NCBI GenBank assembly: GCA_963762565.1
Contig: CAVXLD010000001.1
Coordinates: 960,001-1,024,000, forward strand
Source of the DNA: an uncultured Verrucomicrobiae bacterium
Lineage (GTDB): Bacteria; Verrucomicrobiota; Verrucomicrobiia; Chthoniobacterales; JAFAMB01
Length of the DNA stretch: 64,000 bases
Direction: 5' to 3'
The notes under the pieces were generated by a model that had not been told where the DNA came from, searched no databases, and was given only the letters and a program-made list of their open reading frames with translations. The translations under genes were made by a program, and so were the position numbers. Below, piece after piece: positions 29,289 to 38,340 of this stretch (position 1 is its first letter; each line of letters starts with the position of its first letter).

Positions 29289-30350
29289 CTATTGGTACTC
29301 TTCGGGTAGAGCGCCGACCAGGCTCTTTACCCGTTCAACGTCGTGCCGGTGACACACTAGAATCGAGTCTTTGGTCTGAACTACAATCAGGTCGTTTACT
29401 CCAACCAGCGCCAAATGGATCTTCTGATCGGAGAAAATAATATTGTTGTTTGATCCTTCGATTGAGACCGTGGTGTTAGCGGCGTTGCTGTTGGGTAATT
29501 GTTCAAGATATTTCGCGATGGACGTCCAACTGCCGACGTCGTCCCAATCAAACGAGGCAGCCTTCACCACCACCCGGCTGGCTTTTTCCATCACCGCGTA
29601 GTCGACCGAGATCTTTGGCAGCGTGGAGAACCGATCTCCGATCACCCGCGCCGGGTCGCTAGTGTGTCGAAGAGCTGAAATAAACTCTCCCAGGGCCGGC
29701 GCGTGCCGATTCAACTCGGTAAGAATCGCCTTTACCGACCAAACGAAAATACCGGCGTTCCAAAAGAAATTGCCGCTTTTCACAAACTGTTCTGCCAGAT
29801 CCGCCTCCGGCTTCTCTCGGAACCGGACCACTTCGAAAAAGTCGGAAAAAGGTCCATCGACTTTCTTTCCGCGCTCGATGTAGCCATACCCCGGACAGGC
29901 CCAGGTAGGAGTGATGCCGATCGTAACCAGATCACCGGTTTTGCCAGCCACAGTGGCCGCTGCCAGTAAATCGCCCTGGAACGAAGCCTTATCCTTGATC
30001 AGATGATCGGCTGGCAGCACCGCCATGGTCGCATCCGAATCACGGGCGGCGATAAGACCGACTCCAAGGGCGATCGCGGCCGCGGTGTCCCTCCGGGCCG
30101 GCTCTGCAAAAATGTTTTTCTGCGGATGCGCCGGTAGCAGCTTTCGCACTGCCTCCTCTTGTTCCTGGTTGGTTAGGATCAAGATATTCTCCGCCGGGAT
30201 TACCCCGGCTAAACGGAGAATGGTCTCTTCAAGTAATGTGTTTTCGTTAAACAGGGAGAGCAGCTGCTTAGGCCTAACCTTGCGGCTTAATGGCCAAAAG
30301 CGAGTCCCGCTACCGCCAGCCAACACCAGAGCATAAAAAGAATTCGACAT
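29289..30350 (-). CDS. manC: Mannose-1-phosphate guanylyltransferase
   Basis: LAGGSGTRFWPLSR, PKQLL, LPADH, FREKP, WNAGIF, WDDVGSW; ATG at 30350. Confidence 0.9.
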   Translation of the reverse strand: MSNSFYALVLAGGSGTRFWPLSRKVRPKQLLSLFNENTLLEETILRLAGVIPAENILILTNQEQEEAVRKLLPAHPQKNIFAEPARRDTAAAIALGVGLIAARDSDATMAVLPADHLIKDKASFQGDLLAAATVAGKTGDLVTIGITPTWACPGYGYIERGKKVDGPFSDFFEVVRFREKPEADLAEQFVKSGNFFWNAGIFVWSVKAILTELNRHAPALGEFISALRHTSDPARVIGDRFSTLPKISVDYAVMEKASRVVVKAASFDWDDVGSWTSIAKYLEQLPNSNAANTTVSIEGSNNNIIFSDQKIHLALVGVNDLIVVQTKDSILVCHRHDVERVKSLVGALPEEYQ

Positions 30351-30524
30351 TGGTCCAATCTCGCTAGAACTATTGCCTCGGAAAAAGTAGTTTGTGAGCC
30401 CTAGCGAATATCTTCTAGGTTTGCCCAAGGGCAACCAAACAACGTCGTAACTTGACATTTTGTGGTTGGCGAAATGAGCTGGAGCAAAACACTGATATCT
30501 GATAAGAACGATGAATCTTGCGCT

Positions 30525-30821
30525 ATGAGCAGCGAACATGGCAAACCACTAGTTCTGTCGCTTTCGTCGGCCGCTTTGTTGACCATCTCCCAGGGAGCGG
30601 TTGGCTGTGCTCTGGGTATCTTGTTCTCGGATAAGCTCGACAAAAAGAACCGCACTTTGGTCGGGTTGGGTTTCATTTCTCTAGCCTTGGCGACGACAGT
30701 ACCGGCACTAGTGGCCGTCGTGGTTGATTTGGTCAACGGTCCCAGCTCAAAACTTGGCGCCCGCCGACGGCTACGATCGATTCGCGAAGACTCCGGGCTC
30801 CACGAGGAAGAAGTGTTCTAG
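30525..30821 (+). CDS. Small two-TM membrane protein, unknown function
   Basis: Two hydrophobic segments and a charged C-terminus; fills the gap between divergent/convergent genes. Confidence 0.65.
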   Translation: MSSEHGKPLVLSLSSAALLTISQGAVGCALGILFSDKLDKKNRTLVGLGFISLALATTVPALVAVVVDLVNGPSSKLGARRRLRSIREDSGLHEEEVF

Positions 30822-30832
30822 ACGCTTCGCAC

Positions 30833-30955
30833 GGGGAGGGATCGCGTCCCCGCGATCCGTTGTTAACGGAGCTGAGCGCATCTAGATCATCGAAGGAGTT
30901 TAATAAGTCTGTAGGCCCATAACGTCTTCGCGGCGCGCGAGGACGCGCGCCCTCC
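30833..30955. repeat. REP-like doublet, family B
   Basis: GGGGAGGGATCGCGTCCCCGCGATCCG ... CGGCGCGCGAGGACGCGCGCCCTCC. Confidence 0.9.
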
Positions 30956-30968
30956 AGCGTCAGGGGCG

Positions 30969-31880
30969 TTATCGGCTATTGGCTATTCGCTCGGACCGCC
31001 GTTCCTTCGCCGTTATGCTAATGTCTCCCGGACCGCTGGTCACGAGAGAGTCCGGTGGAACGCTGCTCATCAGGAACACGTTTGCTCCGATGGTGGACCT
31101 TGCTCCAATTACTGTTTCACCGCCAAGGATCGTCGAATTCGGATAGATGGTCACCCCATCTTCAACGTCGGGATGGCGCTTACCGCCTTTTTTAATTTTT
31201 CCTTCCTCATCCTTCTTGAAGCTCCGGGCGCCCAAAGTCACTCCGTGATACAGCTTCACCCGATTCCCAATTTCGCAGGTCTCACCAATGACCACCCCCG
31301 TTCCGTGGTCAATGAAAAAGTAGGCTCCGATTTTAGCACCGGGATGGATATCGATCCCCGTCCGACTATGAGCCCATTCGGTCATGATTCGCGGGACCAA
31401 AGGTAATTTTTCAAGGTAGAGAATGTGAGCGGTGCGTTGGATAGCAATGGCTTCGATGCAGGGATAACTTAAGATTATCTCTTCAAAGCTCTGGCTGGCC
31501 GGGTCACCTTCGAAAGCCGCCTCCACGTCCGTACACAGCAGCTCTCTTACCCGGGGAAGCTGGTCCACCAAATGCAGAACGATTTCCTCCGCTCGCTTGT
31601 ATGGGCACTCAGGCTCTTGAACCCGAAGGCTCTTGAAAGTCTCGCCTCGCAGACGTTCGGCAAAGTTGAGCAGCCGGCTGGACGTTAGACCAGTGATTCG
31701 TTGCGAGGCGATCGGCTCTTCGTCATGAAATCCGGGGAACAGGATTTCCAGTAAATCCTCACAGATCTGGGCTACTGCACCTTTCGAAGGCAGATTCAGC
31801 CCGTCTATGTTGTTTATCCCTCCGACTCGGTTATACGACTCGAGAAGCTCATTGAGCAGAGCCATGACGCTCTTTTCCAT
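30969..31880 (-). CDS. cysE: Serine O-acetyltransferase (EpsC-type)
   Basis: DVEAAFEGDPA, TGIDIHPGAKIG, FIDHGTGVVIGET, GKRHP. Confidence 0.92.
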   Translation of the reverse strand: MEKSVMALLNELLESYNRVGGINNIDGLNLPSKGAVAQICEDLLEILFPGFHDEEPIASQRITGLTSSRLLNFAERLRGETFKSLRVQEPECPYKRAEEIVLHLVDQLPRVRELLCTDVEAAFEGDPASQSFEEIILSYPCIEAIAIQRTAHILYLEKLPLVPRIMTEWAHSRTGIDIHPGAKIGAYFFIDHGTGVVIGETCEIGNRVKLYHGVTLGARSFKKDEEGKIKKGGKRHPDVEDGVTIYPNSTILGGETVIGARSTIGANVFLMSSVPPDSLVTSGPGDISITAKERRSERIANSR

Positions 31881-31943
31881 AACACCGGACCGTAAGGTAG
31901 TTTCGGCATGCGCGCCAATTCCATTCGCAGAATTTCGTGCGGT

Positions 31944-33038
31944 TCAATCTCGGACTAGTACCCGAGCTCCTTGGGACGGCCGAGTTAGGATCGCTCGACA
32001 TTGGGCGCCGGTAACGTTCAAATATTTCTTTTGCATGCTCTCGATAATGTCTTGAGCCAGTTCCGACCGAATCAATGAAACCGTTGAACCTCCAAAACCG
32101 CCACCAGTCAGTCGCGATCCGATAACTCCATTCGTCGATTGCGCGATTTCGACCAAGGCGTCCAGATGAGTCGTACTGTTTTCGAAGTTATGCTGCGAGC
32201 TTTCATGCGAAGCGAACATCAGCTTACCAAAGGTGTCTACATCCCCTGCCAGCAAGGCTTCGCGACCAGCAAACACGCGTTCATTTTCACCGGTGATATG
32301 TAAGGCTCGGCGCTTAACTAAAGGTTCTAGATCGCTGTTCAGTACCTGAGCCGTAGTCGCATCCCGAAGTGCGGGAACCTTAAGAGCTGCAGCCGCGGCC
32401 TGGCACTGTTCTCGCCGCTCATTGTATTCACCGCCAGTCAATTCATGCGGTATTCCCGAATCGAGCAATAGTAACGAAACCCCTGCCGGTAACTGATAGG
32501 TCTCCGCCGTAATCGAGCGAAAGTCTAAGAGAATCGCCCGGTTATCCTCTCCAAACACCGATGAAGCCTGATCCAGAAGGCCGCATTTCACCCCCACAAA
32601 ATCGTTCTCCGCTTTCTGACATAGCTGCGCTATTTTCATGGGTCCGAGCGACCAGTTAGCTAAGTCAATCACAGCAAAAGCAGTGGCTACTTCGAGTGCA
32701 GCCGAACTCGACAGGCCGGCGCCAAGCGGTAAATCGCTAGCGATCTCAATGCGGAAGCCATGACTAGGTAGCCCCGCTGCCGCCAGTTCCCGGATCACCC
32801 CAAAGCAATAGTTAGCCCACGGTTCTTGCGCAGATGGCACAAGTTGATCTAGATCTTCGATCGCGGTCCGTTGCTTGGTTTGCGAACTAACCTCAATCTG
32901 CCGTTGAGGCAGTCGATGAACGGACGCCGTAACGCCGCGATCGATCGCGGCTGACAGCACCACACCTTGATTGTAGTCGGTGTGATTTCCAAGTATTTCG
33001 ACTCGACCTGGCGCAAAAGCTACAACGCGGTTATGCAT
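31944..33038 (-). CDS. galK: Galactokinase
   Basis: APGRVEILGNHTDYNQG, PLGAGLSSSAA, CGLLDQ, GSRLTGGGFGG. Confidence 0.94.
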   Translation of the reverse strand: MHNRVVAFAPGRVEILGNHTDYNQGVVLSAAIDRGVTASVHRLPQRQIEVSSQTKQRTAIEDLDQLVPSAQEPWANYCFGVIRELAAAGLPSHGFRIEIASDLPLGAGLSSSAALEVATAFAVIDLANWSLGPMKIAQLCQKAENDFVGVKCGLLDQASSVFGEDNRAILLDFRSITAETYQLPAGVSLLLLDSGIPHELTGGEYNERREQCQAAAAALKVPALRDATTAQVLNSDLEPLVKRRALHITGENERVFAGREALLAGDVDTFGKLMFASHESSQHNFENSTTHLDALVEIAQSTNGVIGSRLTGGGFGGSTVSLIRSELAQDIIESMQKKYLNVTGAQCRAILTRPSQGARVLVRD

Positions 33039-33183
33039 GGGGATTACTAGTCTATTGCCGGCATTAAAAAGGGTTCATTTTTGAGCTGCACCGGCTTCAT
33101 AGTTCTATATATAAAGGTAAGAATTGTCATACATTTACCCGAACTTTTCTTGCAAATAGAACAACGAAGCATAATTTCTGCCT

Positions 33184-33609
33184 GTGAAATTATCCTCCGC
33201 CTCATTAAGAAAAGCAGCCGATATTCAAGAACGGATCGAACGTTTGGAATCGGAGCTATCCCAGATATTGCAGGGCGAAACAGCCGCTAGGCCGGTTACT
33301 CCTAGCTTAGCGCCAGCAGCACCGCGACTAACCCGAAGAGGCAGGCGTGGACGGTCGCCCAGACCAGCTGTCTTGAACGGACGCGGGCGCGGTCGCCGTT
33401 CGACTTCACCCAGCGGGCCATTGGCTCCGGCGGTTGTGCGAGTCTTGAAATCACGCGGTGCACCAATGGGCGTGTCCGATATTCTGGACGGTCTAATGGC
33501 TAACGGTTACAAGTTCAATTCGCCGGAACCAAAGAAGAATCTATTTGCCCGGATCTATCGCTTAAAAGGCGTTCGCCAAGTCGGTCCTGGTAGATTTGCC
33601 GCCGAATAA
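33184..33609 (+). CDS. Small basic protein: N-terminal coiled coil, Arg-rich linker, probable C-terminal winged helix
   Basis: ADIQERIERLESELSQIL heptads; RRGRRGR and RGRGRR; VVRVLKSRGAPMGVSDILDGL helix pattern; AT-rich upstream region. Confidence 0.7.
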   Translation: MKLSSASLRKAADIQERIERLESELSQILQGETAARPVTPSLAPAAPRLTRRGRRGRSPRPAVLNGRGRGRRSTSPSGPLAPAVVRVLKSRGAPMGVSDILDGLMANGYKFNSPEPKKNLFARIYRLKGVRQVGPGRFAAE

Positions 33610-33689
33610 TAACAGACGCCGGTTAAATCTTTCCCAAAAGAACGGGTTGCTTGAGCGCGTGGCCCGTAACCGGCAAAATCGGATGTAGA

Positions 33690-33721
33690 GTCGCCGAGAT
33701 TGATGAGTCAATCTTGGCGGC
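33690..33721 (+). terminator. Hairpin downstream of 33184-33609, possible terminator
   Basis: GTCGCCGAGATTGA-TGAG-TCAATCTTGGCGGC, 14-bp stem with G-U pairs; weak U tract. Confidence 0.45.
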
Positions 33722-33839
33722 GTGCATTTCCCCCAAAGTTAACCAGTCAACCGCGCCAGCAGCCTTTCGGTTCCAGCAATTAGCCACTCAGCGATCGTAA
33801 TCGGCGCTTCGATTCAGCCCTGTGCCGCGCGGCCGGTAA

Positions 33840-34028
33840 CCGTGGCGCGCGCCTCGCTTGCGAAGCCGTGGTAAGCAAGGAACATCATGATGCTGGCCCA
33901 ATTTTGATCAGCGCTAGGTTGGCGACGCCTGGCTCTTCGTACGAAACAAGAGCGCAGCCAAGACAATTCAACTTCCAAGCCCCTAAGCTTTGCTCACCAT
34001 GGCCTCGCAAGCGAGGCGCGCTCCACGG
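33840..34028. repeat. REP-like doublet, family C, copy 3
   Basis: CCGTGGCGCGCGCCTCGCTTGCGAAGCCGTGGTAAGCAAGG facing TTGCTCACCATGGCCTCGCAAGCGAGGCGCGCTCCACGG. Confidence 0.9.
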
Positions 34029-34047
34029 GCTCCGCCCCTTTTCTCGG

Positions 34048-36729
34048 CTACCCACTTTGAGAACTAGGTAGCTTGGCTATTCGGCGTGCACTATTTACGG
34101 TGTCAATCTGATCTACCGATTTATCGCGACGAATCGCTTTGATCCGCGGGAATCGCAGAGCTAACCCGCTGGAATGCCGGTCGCTCCGCTGGATGGAATC
34201 GAAAGCCACTTCCAAAACTATCTGGGGTACAACTTCATGCAACCGGCCAATTTTTCGCGTGGTCGTGCGCCGGAAATGCTCGGTCAGTTCCTCAATCTCG
34301 GCATCAGTTAAGCCGGAATAAGCCTTACCGATAGTTTCTAATCTGCCGTTTTCCGAGTTTCGAACGGCAAAAGTGTAGTCACTTAGCACGTGGCTCCTCT
34401 TGCCATGCCCTTGTTCAGCACCCACCACTATCACGTCAAGCGTTGCCAGTTCTCGCTTAAGTTTGATCCAGCTGCCGCCTCGCCTTCCAGGCTGATACGA
34501 ACTACCGGGATCCTTAATCATCAGCCCTTCCGTTCCCAGGTCGCGCGCGGTAAGAAACGCGGTCTCGATCTCGCTGGCCGTGATTACGGGCGTGTTGGGT
34601 AAGAGTTGAATCAAGCTCGGTAAAGAAAGGGATTCCAACAGCGACCGGCGTAATTGCAACGGTTCCTGGACCAGGCTTCGATTGTTCAACAGTAGAAGGT
34701 CAAACACCATAAACGCGATCGGTATGTCATCCGTGTCGAACAAATCGCGCGCCCGCTTGCGACCTAAACGGCGCTGCAGATCGAAGAACGTCAGTTTCTT
34801 GTTCGCATCGAAAGCGATGATCTCTCCATCAAGAATCAGATTTTGCGAGAAGGAGAGTCCCGCCAATTCCGGAAACTGTTGAGAGATATTGTGAAGATCT
34901 CGACTATAAACCTCCACCCTATCCGCAGCCGCATGTAACTGCGCTCGAACGCCGTCAAACTTCTGCTCAGCAAACGCCGGTGTTGAGCTAAAATCGTGTT
35001 TGAGCCTTTCCGCGACCGCTTCTGCTGATGGCTCTGGAATGGCCAGCATTGACATTACGGGTCGGAAAAGAGCGATCTGGGCCGTCGTCAGCAGGTTTTT
35101 TTGGGCTAGCACAGACGTCTCACCCAAATCTCCAGTCAGCATGTGAGCTTCTCTAACCCCCTCGGCCGATCTGGTAAACGCCCGGGCGATGCTCTCTTCG
35201 ACTAAACCTTCCTTCAGCCCAATCCGCAGATCACCGGTCAGAATTCGGATTACATAACTTCCATTCAAAGCATTTGATTGATGCAGCCATTCCGCCAATA
35301 TCGTGGCCTTCGTGGCTGGCCCCCGGGCCTGCTCCAAGCGTTCGAACCAATTTCGCGTCTCTACCAACGAATCGCTTCGAGGAGCAGTCCTGCCCAAGAG
35401 CGCCTCGTAAGCGATCTTCCCAGCGTCTCCGTAAGCCGAAGCGATACGACGAAACTCCGATTCCGTTAATTTGGTAGCCTGTAATAGGCCCTTGCGGATG
35501 ATGGACCAACCAACTTGCAGGGTTCGAGTGTCTGCTCGGGAGAAGGCACGGCCGGTCAGAAATATGCACGCTACCCGCAACTCAGACTCCGGTAGTTGGG
35601 TTAGATATTTTGCCAGTAGCTCGATCTTTTTCAGTTTACCGGTAGAACGTCCGATCTCTTCGCAAAGCTGGGTAAAATCGCCGAAGCTTCCTTCGGTAAC
35701 TGCCTCGACCTCCGGAATTTTAGGGACTGCCGCTACTTCGCGGTTAGCCGGTACCGCAATCGATAGTTCAAGTTGATTGCCTTCTCCCAGAGCCCAAGCT
35801 TCGATTCCTTGACGCCGCAAATCTTCAGCAAATTCGCGTGCGTAACCGTGCACGGTTAGAACTCGCTTTGGCTGAATCAGCTTAACATAACGGATCAGAT
35901 CGGGATAGTCGGCATGATCGGACATGGGAAACGCCGCATCGCATTGGAATCGATGAGCCGCGCCTGGATTCAGTGCCCAACCCGTAAGAATAGCAGTTCG
36001 CCGCGGTTTAATGTTCTGCACTAATCTCGTGCCGTTCGCGTTAGGGGGGAATAGCAGGACGCTGCCGGCCAGATCATCTCCTCGGTGGAGACTGAATGGA
36101 GGTAAGTTGTGAAATTTATCGTTATAGACCTTCGTCATTCGGTAAACGCTGGAATGCAGCCGGACCCGCAAATCGGTACCGTGCAGCGCAGCCAGAATTT
36201 CCTGCGCTTTACCAAGAGAATACCCGAACAGAATAGGGGTAGCACCGTCTTCGATGGTCTCACGACAGAACTTAATCAGGTCGGCAATAACCTGCTCGGT
36301 TGGAGGAAACACGAACCGGGGAAGACCATAGGTAGTTTCCATAACCAAGGTCTGTGCTGGTCGCCAAGCAATCGGCTCCGATGCGCGTCCGGGCCGGAGC
36401 TTAAAGTCACCGGTGTACAATAAGGAGCCGGCCTGATGTTCCACAAACAGTTGAGCGGAACCGTAAATGTGACCGGCGGGCAACAGGGTTAGTTCAGCGT
36501 CTCGGAACGGGAAAGGAGCTTGGTAAGGTAACCGGTGTTCGATCCGATCTCCGGGAAGACGTAGCTCCATTAGTTGCGCCGTGATTTCTGTCAAAATGAC
36601 TTCGCGATGATTACCGATGTGGTCACCGTGGGCGTGAGAAATGAAAGCGGTTGCTTGTTCGTCCCACGGATCAAGCCACAGATCAAGTGATGGTAGGTAA
36701 ATACCCCTTTCGTATTGGACATCGATCAT
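34048..36729 (-). CDS. Metallo-beta-lactamase/beta-CASP nuclease fused to ATP-dependent DNA ligase
   Basis: SHAHGDH, AGHIYGS, YTGDF, METTYG, SDHAD followed by ligase motifs EQKFDG, LDGE, FDLL, EGLMIK, WIKLK, LRFPR. Confidence 0.9.
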   Translation of the reverse strand: MIDVQYERGIYLPSLDLWLDPWDEQATAFISHAHGDHIGNHREVILTEITAQLMELRLPGDRIEHRLPYQAPFPFRDAELTLLPAGHIYGSAQLFVEHQAGSLLYTGDFKLRPGRASEPIAWRPAQTLVMETTYGLPRFVFPPTEQVIADLIKFCRETIEDGATPILFGYSLGKAQEILAALHGTDLRVRLHSSVYRMTKVYNDKFHNLPPFSLHRGDDLAGSVLLFPPNANGTRLVQNIKPRRTAILTGWALNPGAAHRFQCDAAFPMSDHADYPDLIRYVKLIQPKRVLTVHGYAREFAEDLRRQGIEAWALGEGNQLELSIAVPANREVAAVPKIPEVEAVTEGSFGDFTQLCEEIGRSTGKLKKIELLAKYLTQLPESELRVACIFLTGRAFSRADTRTLQVGWSIIRKGLLQATKLTESEFRRIASAYGDAGKIAYEALLGRTAPRSDSLVETRNWFERLEQARGPATKATILAEWLHQSNALNGSYVIRILTGDLRIGLKEGLVEESIARAFTRSAEGVREAHMLTGDLGETSVLAQKNLLTTAQIALFRPVMSMLAIPEPSAEAVAERLKHDFSSTPAFAEQKFDGVRAQLHAAADRVEVYSRDLHNISQQFPELAGLSFSQNLILDGEIIAFDANKKLTFFDLQRRLGRKRARDLFDTDDIPIAFMVFDLLLLNNRSLVQEPLQLRRSLLESLSLPSLIQLLPNTPVITASEIETAFLTARDLGTEGLMIKDPGSSYQPGRRGGSWIKLKRELATLDVIVVGAEQGHGKRSHVLSDYTFAVRNSENGRLETIGKAYSGLTDAEIEELTEHFRRTTTRKIGRLHEVVPQIVLEVAFDSIQRSDRHSSGLALRFPRIKAIRRDKSVDQIDTVNSARRIAKLPSSQSG

Positions 36730-36788
36730 CTCAGCAGCCGCTTCCTACTCGTGCGCCTAAGTAACACCCAAGCATTGCATGCCCACGG

Positions 36789-37053
36789 CCTGGAGGGGAG
36801 CCGCTTTTGTGCGTTGCAAAACCTCGCCGCAGGAGCGCAGCTAACACGTCCGGAGACACACCAAAACCAGCTAGCAGGCGGCTCCCGGGAGCAACCCAGC
36901 GTTATATTCTCGCCACTCGGCTCTCCTCCACAGCGGATCGACGTGCAGCGCTGATAGACCTGCATCATCATGGGCTATTCCCGGGAGCCCGCTTGTCCAC
37001 CCCGAAAGCTGCCAAGCTATAGAGCTGCTACACGACAAAGCGGCTCCCCTCCA
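36789..37053. repeat. Four-arm REP-like doublet, family A, copy 3
   Basis: Arms at 36789, 36875, 36977, 37036. Confidence 0.9.
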
Positions 37054-37190
37054 AGTGCTGGGCAACTTCCGCGACACTGGTACCGCTTCCCAAGGACCAA
37101 TCGCGAACGTTCACAAAAGCATCACCCCCATGGAGCAAACCCGACTCCTTCTCCAGCAGAATGGCCTCGGCCTCCGGGAAAAACTGCGAA

Positions 37191-37219
37191 TTGACATGGC
37201 CTTAAGAGCTCGGTTTGAT
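37191..37219 (+). promoter_or_regulatory. Putative sigma-70 promoter
   Basis: TTGACA-17 bp-TTTGAT; ATG follows 7 nt later. Confidence 0.5.
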
Positions 37220-37226
37220 GTTGCTA

Positions 37227-37757
37227 ATGAAGAAGTCGCTCGGCGTGGCATTCTTTTTTCTAATATTAGCGAGAAATCTCGCCTGCGCTGACAATCCTAA
37301 TCCCTTGCCTCTGCCGGAAGCGAATGTTCTGCCTCTGGAGCTGAATGACGACTTTCAGTTTCGCAAGTTCGATATCTTTATCAATGCCCAGCTCCGACCG
37401 CGGTCGACCCCGATGGTCACTCGAGAACTGATGATTTACATGGAGCGCCACCGGGCCACCTGGGGAGCGATTGACGGCAATGAGACCAATGAAAAGACGG
37501 GAGAATTCTTTACCTTTTTTTGGCGATCAAAGCGTCAGGCAGATCTGACCTTGCGTTTCGAGTACCGACAGTCCAATCTTAAGAACTTAGTTCAAGCGAG
37601 AGAAATATCTTATCCAGCGGCACGCGGCAGCCATGAATCTCATTTCAATATCCTAGGTAACGACTATTCAGAGGACGGTCGGGTGACTTCTTGGCGAGCG
37701 CTACTCATTGAGAATCAGAAGATTGTGGCGCTTTTGCAATCCCGAGCCTGGAGGTAG
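37227..37757 (+). CDS. Hypothetical exported protein
   Basis: MKKSLGVAFFFLILA signal-like N-terminus; continuous 176-aa ORF. Confidence 0.7.
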   Translation: MKKSLGVAFFFLILARNLACADNPNPLPLPEANVLPLELNDDFQFRKFDIFINAQLRPRSTPMVTRELMIYMERHRATWGAIDGNETNEKTGEFFTFFWRSKRQADLTLRFEYRQSNLKNLVQAREISYPAARGSHESHFNILGNDYSEDGRVTSWRALLIENQKIVALLQSRAWR

Positions 37758-37775
37758 AAGGGGGTTGGCGAGAAT

Positions 37776-37805
37776 TTGACACAAAAAGAGCAAATTACGT
37801 ATATT
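37776..37805 (+). promoter_or_regulatory. Putative sigma-70 promoter for the STAS-to-murI gene run
   Basis: TTGACA-18 bp-TATATT; GTG start 9 nt downstream. Confidence 0.6.
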
Positions 37806-37814
37806 CAAGGGTCT

Positions 37815-38330
37815 GTGAGTTTACCAGCTTCCATACTGGTAGGGGTGACCGGGAACGCGGTCTACATCAAGGTGCGGGGCAAGGGTTCCTTTCAAAATAG
37901 TCCGGCCCTAAAGGAGTTCGCGCGCCAAATGCTCGAACGCGGTCATCGCGTTTTCGCGTTTGACCTGAGCGAATGCACTGTGATGGACTCCACCTTTATG
38001 GGAACCCTGGCTGGCATGGCGCTCCGGCTACGCGAATGCGGCGGCACCCTGCTAGTGCGCAATGTTAACGAGCGCAATTTCGAGCTTCTACGCAATTTGG
38101 GGTTAAACAACCTGTTTCAGGTCGAGCCGAGTTCCGAGTTGCTGCCGTCCGGGGCAGCCAACGGCGAATCCGCGCTGGAAACCGAAAACGATCTGAGCCG
38201 ATCCGAACACGCAGCATGCATGATCGAAGCTCATGAAGCTTTGGTGGACGCTGCTCCGGAGAATCTTGCGCGCTTCAAGGATGTTCTGGAATACCTCAAA
38301 CAAGACTTGCGCACCGGGGCTGCCAAGTAA
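37815..38330 (+). CDS. STAS-domain anti-sigma factor antagonist
   Basis: FDLSECTVMDSTFMGTL motif with the phosphorylatable Ser; GTG at 37815 (the ORF track's TTG is the -35 box). Confidence 0.88.
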   Translation: MSLPASILVGVTGNAVYIKVRGKGSFQNSPALKEFARQMLERGHRVFAFDLSECTVMDSTFMGTLAGMALRLRECGGTLLVRNVNERNFELLRNLGLNNLFQVEPSSELLPSGAANGESALETENDLSRSEHAACMIEAHEALVDAAPENLARFKDVLEYLKQDLRTGAAK

Positions 38331-38340
38331 CGGTGGATAG

